In this document: in pieces, positions 36,032 through 36,263 of the stretch | Layout: every line of letters starts with the position of its first letter | Numbering within the stretch: the first letter of the stretch is position 1 | Virus record (IMG/VR): IMGVR_UViG_3300045988_159823 | Coordinates: 1-36,263 of that record | Strand: one strand, 5' to 3' | Length of the DNA stretch: 36,263 nucleotides | Source: a virus | Lineage: Duplodnaviria > Heunggongvirae > Uroviricota > Caudoviricetes | Translations under genes and position numbers: made by a program | Notes under the pieces: generated by a model | What the model was told of the DNA's origin: nothing | Database searches by the model: none | Seen by the model: the letters and a program-made list of their open reading frames with translations, nothing else

Positions 36032-36064
36032 TTTTGATAACTTATTTTGATAAAATTTTGATAA
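36032..36064. repeat. three direct repeats of TTTTGATAA at 11-13 bp spacing
   Basis: Read directly: ...gTTTTGATAActtaTTTTGATAAaaTTTTGATAAcc...; lies between the ATPase start and the icd terminator. Confidence 0.4.
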
Positions 36065-36080
36065 CCGTTAGCAGACTAAC

Positions 36081-36110
36081 AAAAAACAACGGGAGCGTTA
36101 CACTCCCGTT
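36081..36110 (-). terminator. rho-independent terminator of icd
   Basis: Minus-sense hairpin AACGGGAG-TGTAACG-CTCCCGTT followed by GTTTTTTG, 24 bp after the icd stop. Confidence 0.55.
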
Positions 36111-36133
36111 AATAGATTTAACAAATCACGATA

Positions 36134-36263
36134 TTACATATTCTTGATGATCGCATCACCAAACTCTGAACATTTCAGCAGTTTAGCGCCTTCCATCAGA
36201 CGCTCGAAGTCATAGGTTACGGTCTTCGCATTGATTGCGCCTTCCATACCTTTAACAATCAGG
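36134..36263 (-). CDS. icd: isocitrate dehydrogenase, 3' end (partial; continues beyond the window)
   Basis: Translation ...[42 protein letters not shown] matches the conserved enterobacterial Icd C-terminus. Confidence 0.85.
   Translation of the reverse strand, partial: LIVKGMEGAINAKTVTYDFERLMEGAKLLKCSEFGDAIIKNM

Noticed and set aside
1-36263. CRISPR arrays, tRNA or rRNA genes
   Set aside because: No spaced direct-repeat array and no tRNA-like cloverleaf candidates noticed on reading; the prophage appears to use the icd 3' end rather than a tRNA for integration

Overview
This window is almost entirely one temperate prophage, apparently intact, of the e14/lambdoid type, lying next to the 3' end of icd (isocitrate dehydrogenase; C-terminus ...[13 protein letters not shown] at 36134..36263, minus strand). 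Late genes run right-to-left on the minus strand; cI, an HD-domain gene, xis and int run on the plus strand. From right to left: a lambda-type integrase/excisionase, a cI / cro switch with GTAC-core palindromic operators, a CII-like regulator, an O-like replication initiator carrying in-gene iterons, RusA and a QuuD-like Q antiterminator, a lambda-like lysis cassette (holin, R, Rz/Rz1), HNH plus terminase, an HK97-type head module, and a Mu-type contractile tail and baseplate. The tail-fibre locus at the left edge is a Gin/Pin-type invertible switch with hix-like sites; the invertase gene is outside the window. An IS200 copy sits inside the tail cluster. Several AT-rich cargo genes interrupt the backbone. 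The most interesting is an OLD-like ABC-ATPase/probable TOPRIM nuclease paired with a Dam-family N6-adenine methyltransferase between int and icd, the same position where e14 carries lit. Others are an HNH-nuclease-like gene encoded antisense between Q and the holin, a small membrane protein downstream of cI, and a secreted protein beside IS200. All calls rest on reading the translations and sequence by eye; no database search was run. Internal start codons were placed by frame arithmetic from the ORF track, and several track ORFs begin on a non-ATG codon.
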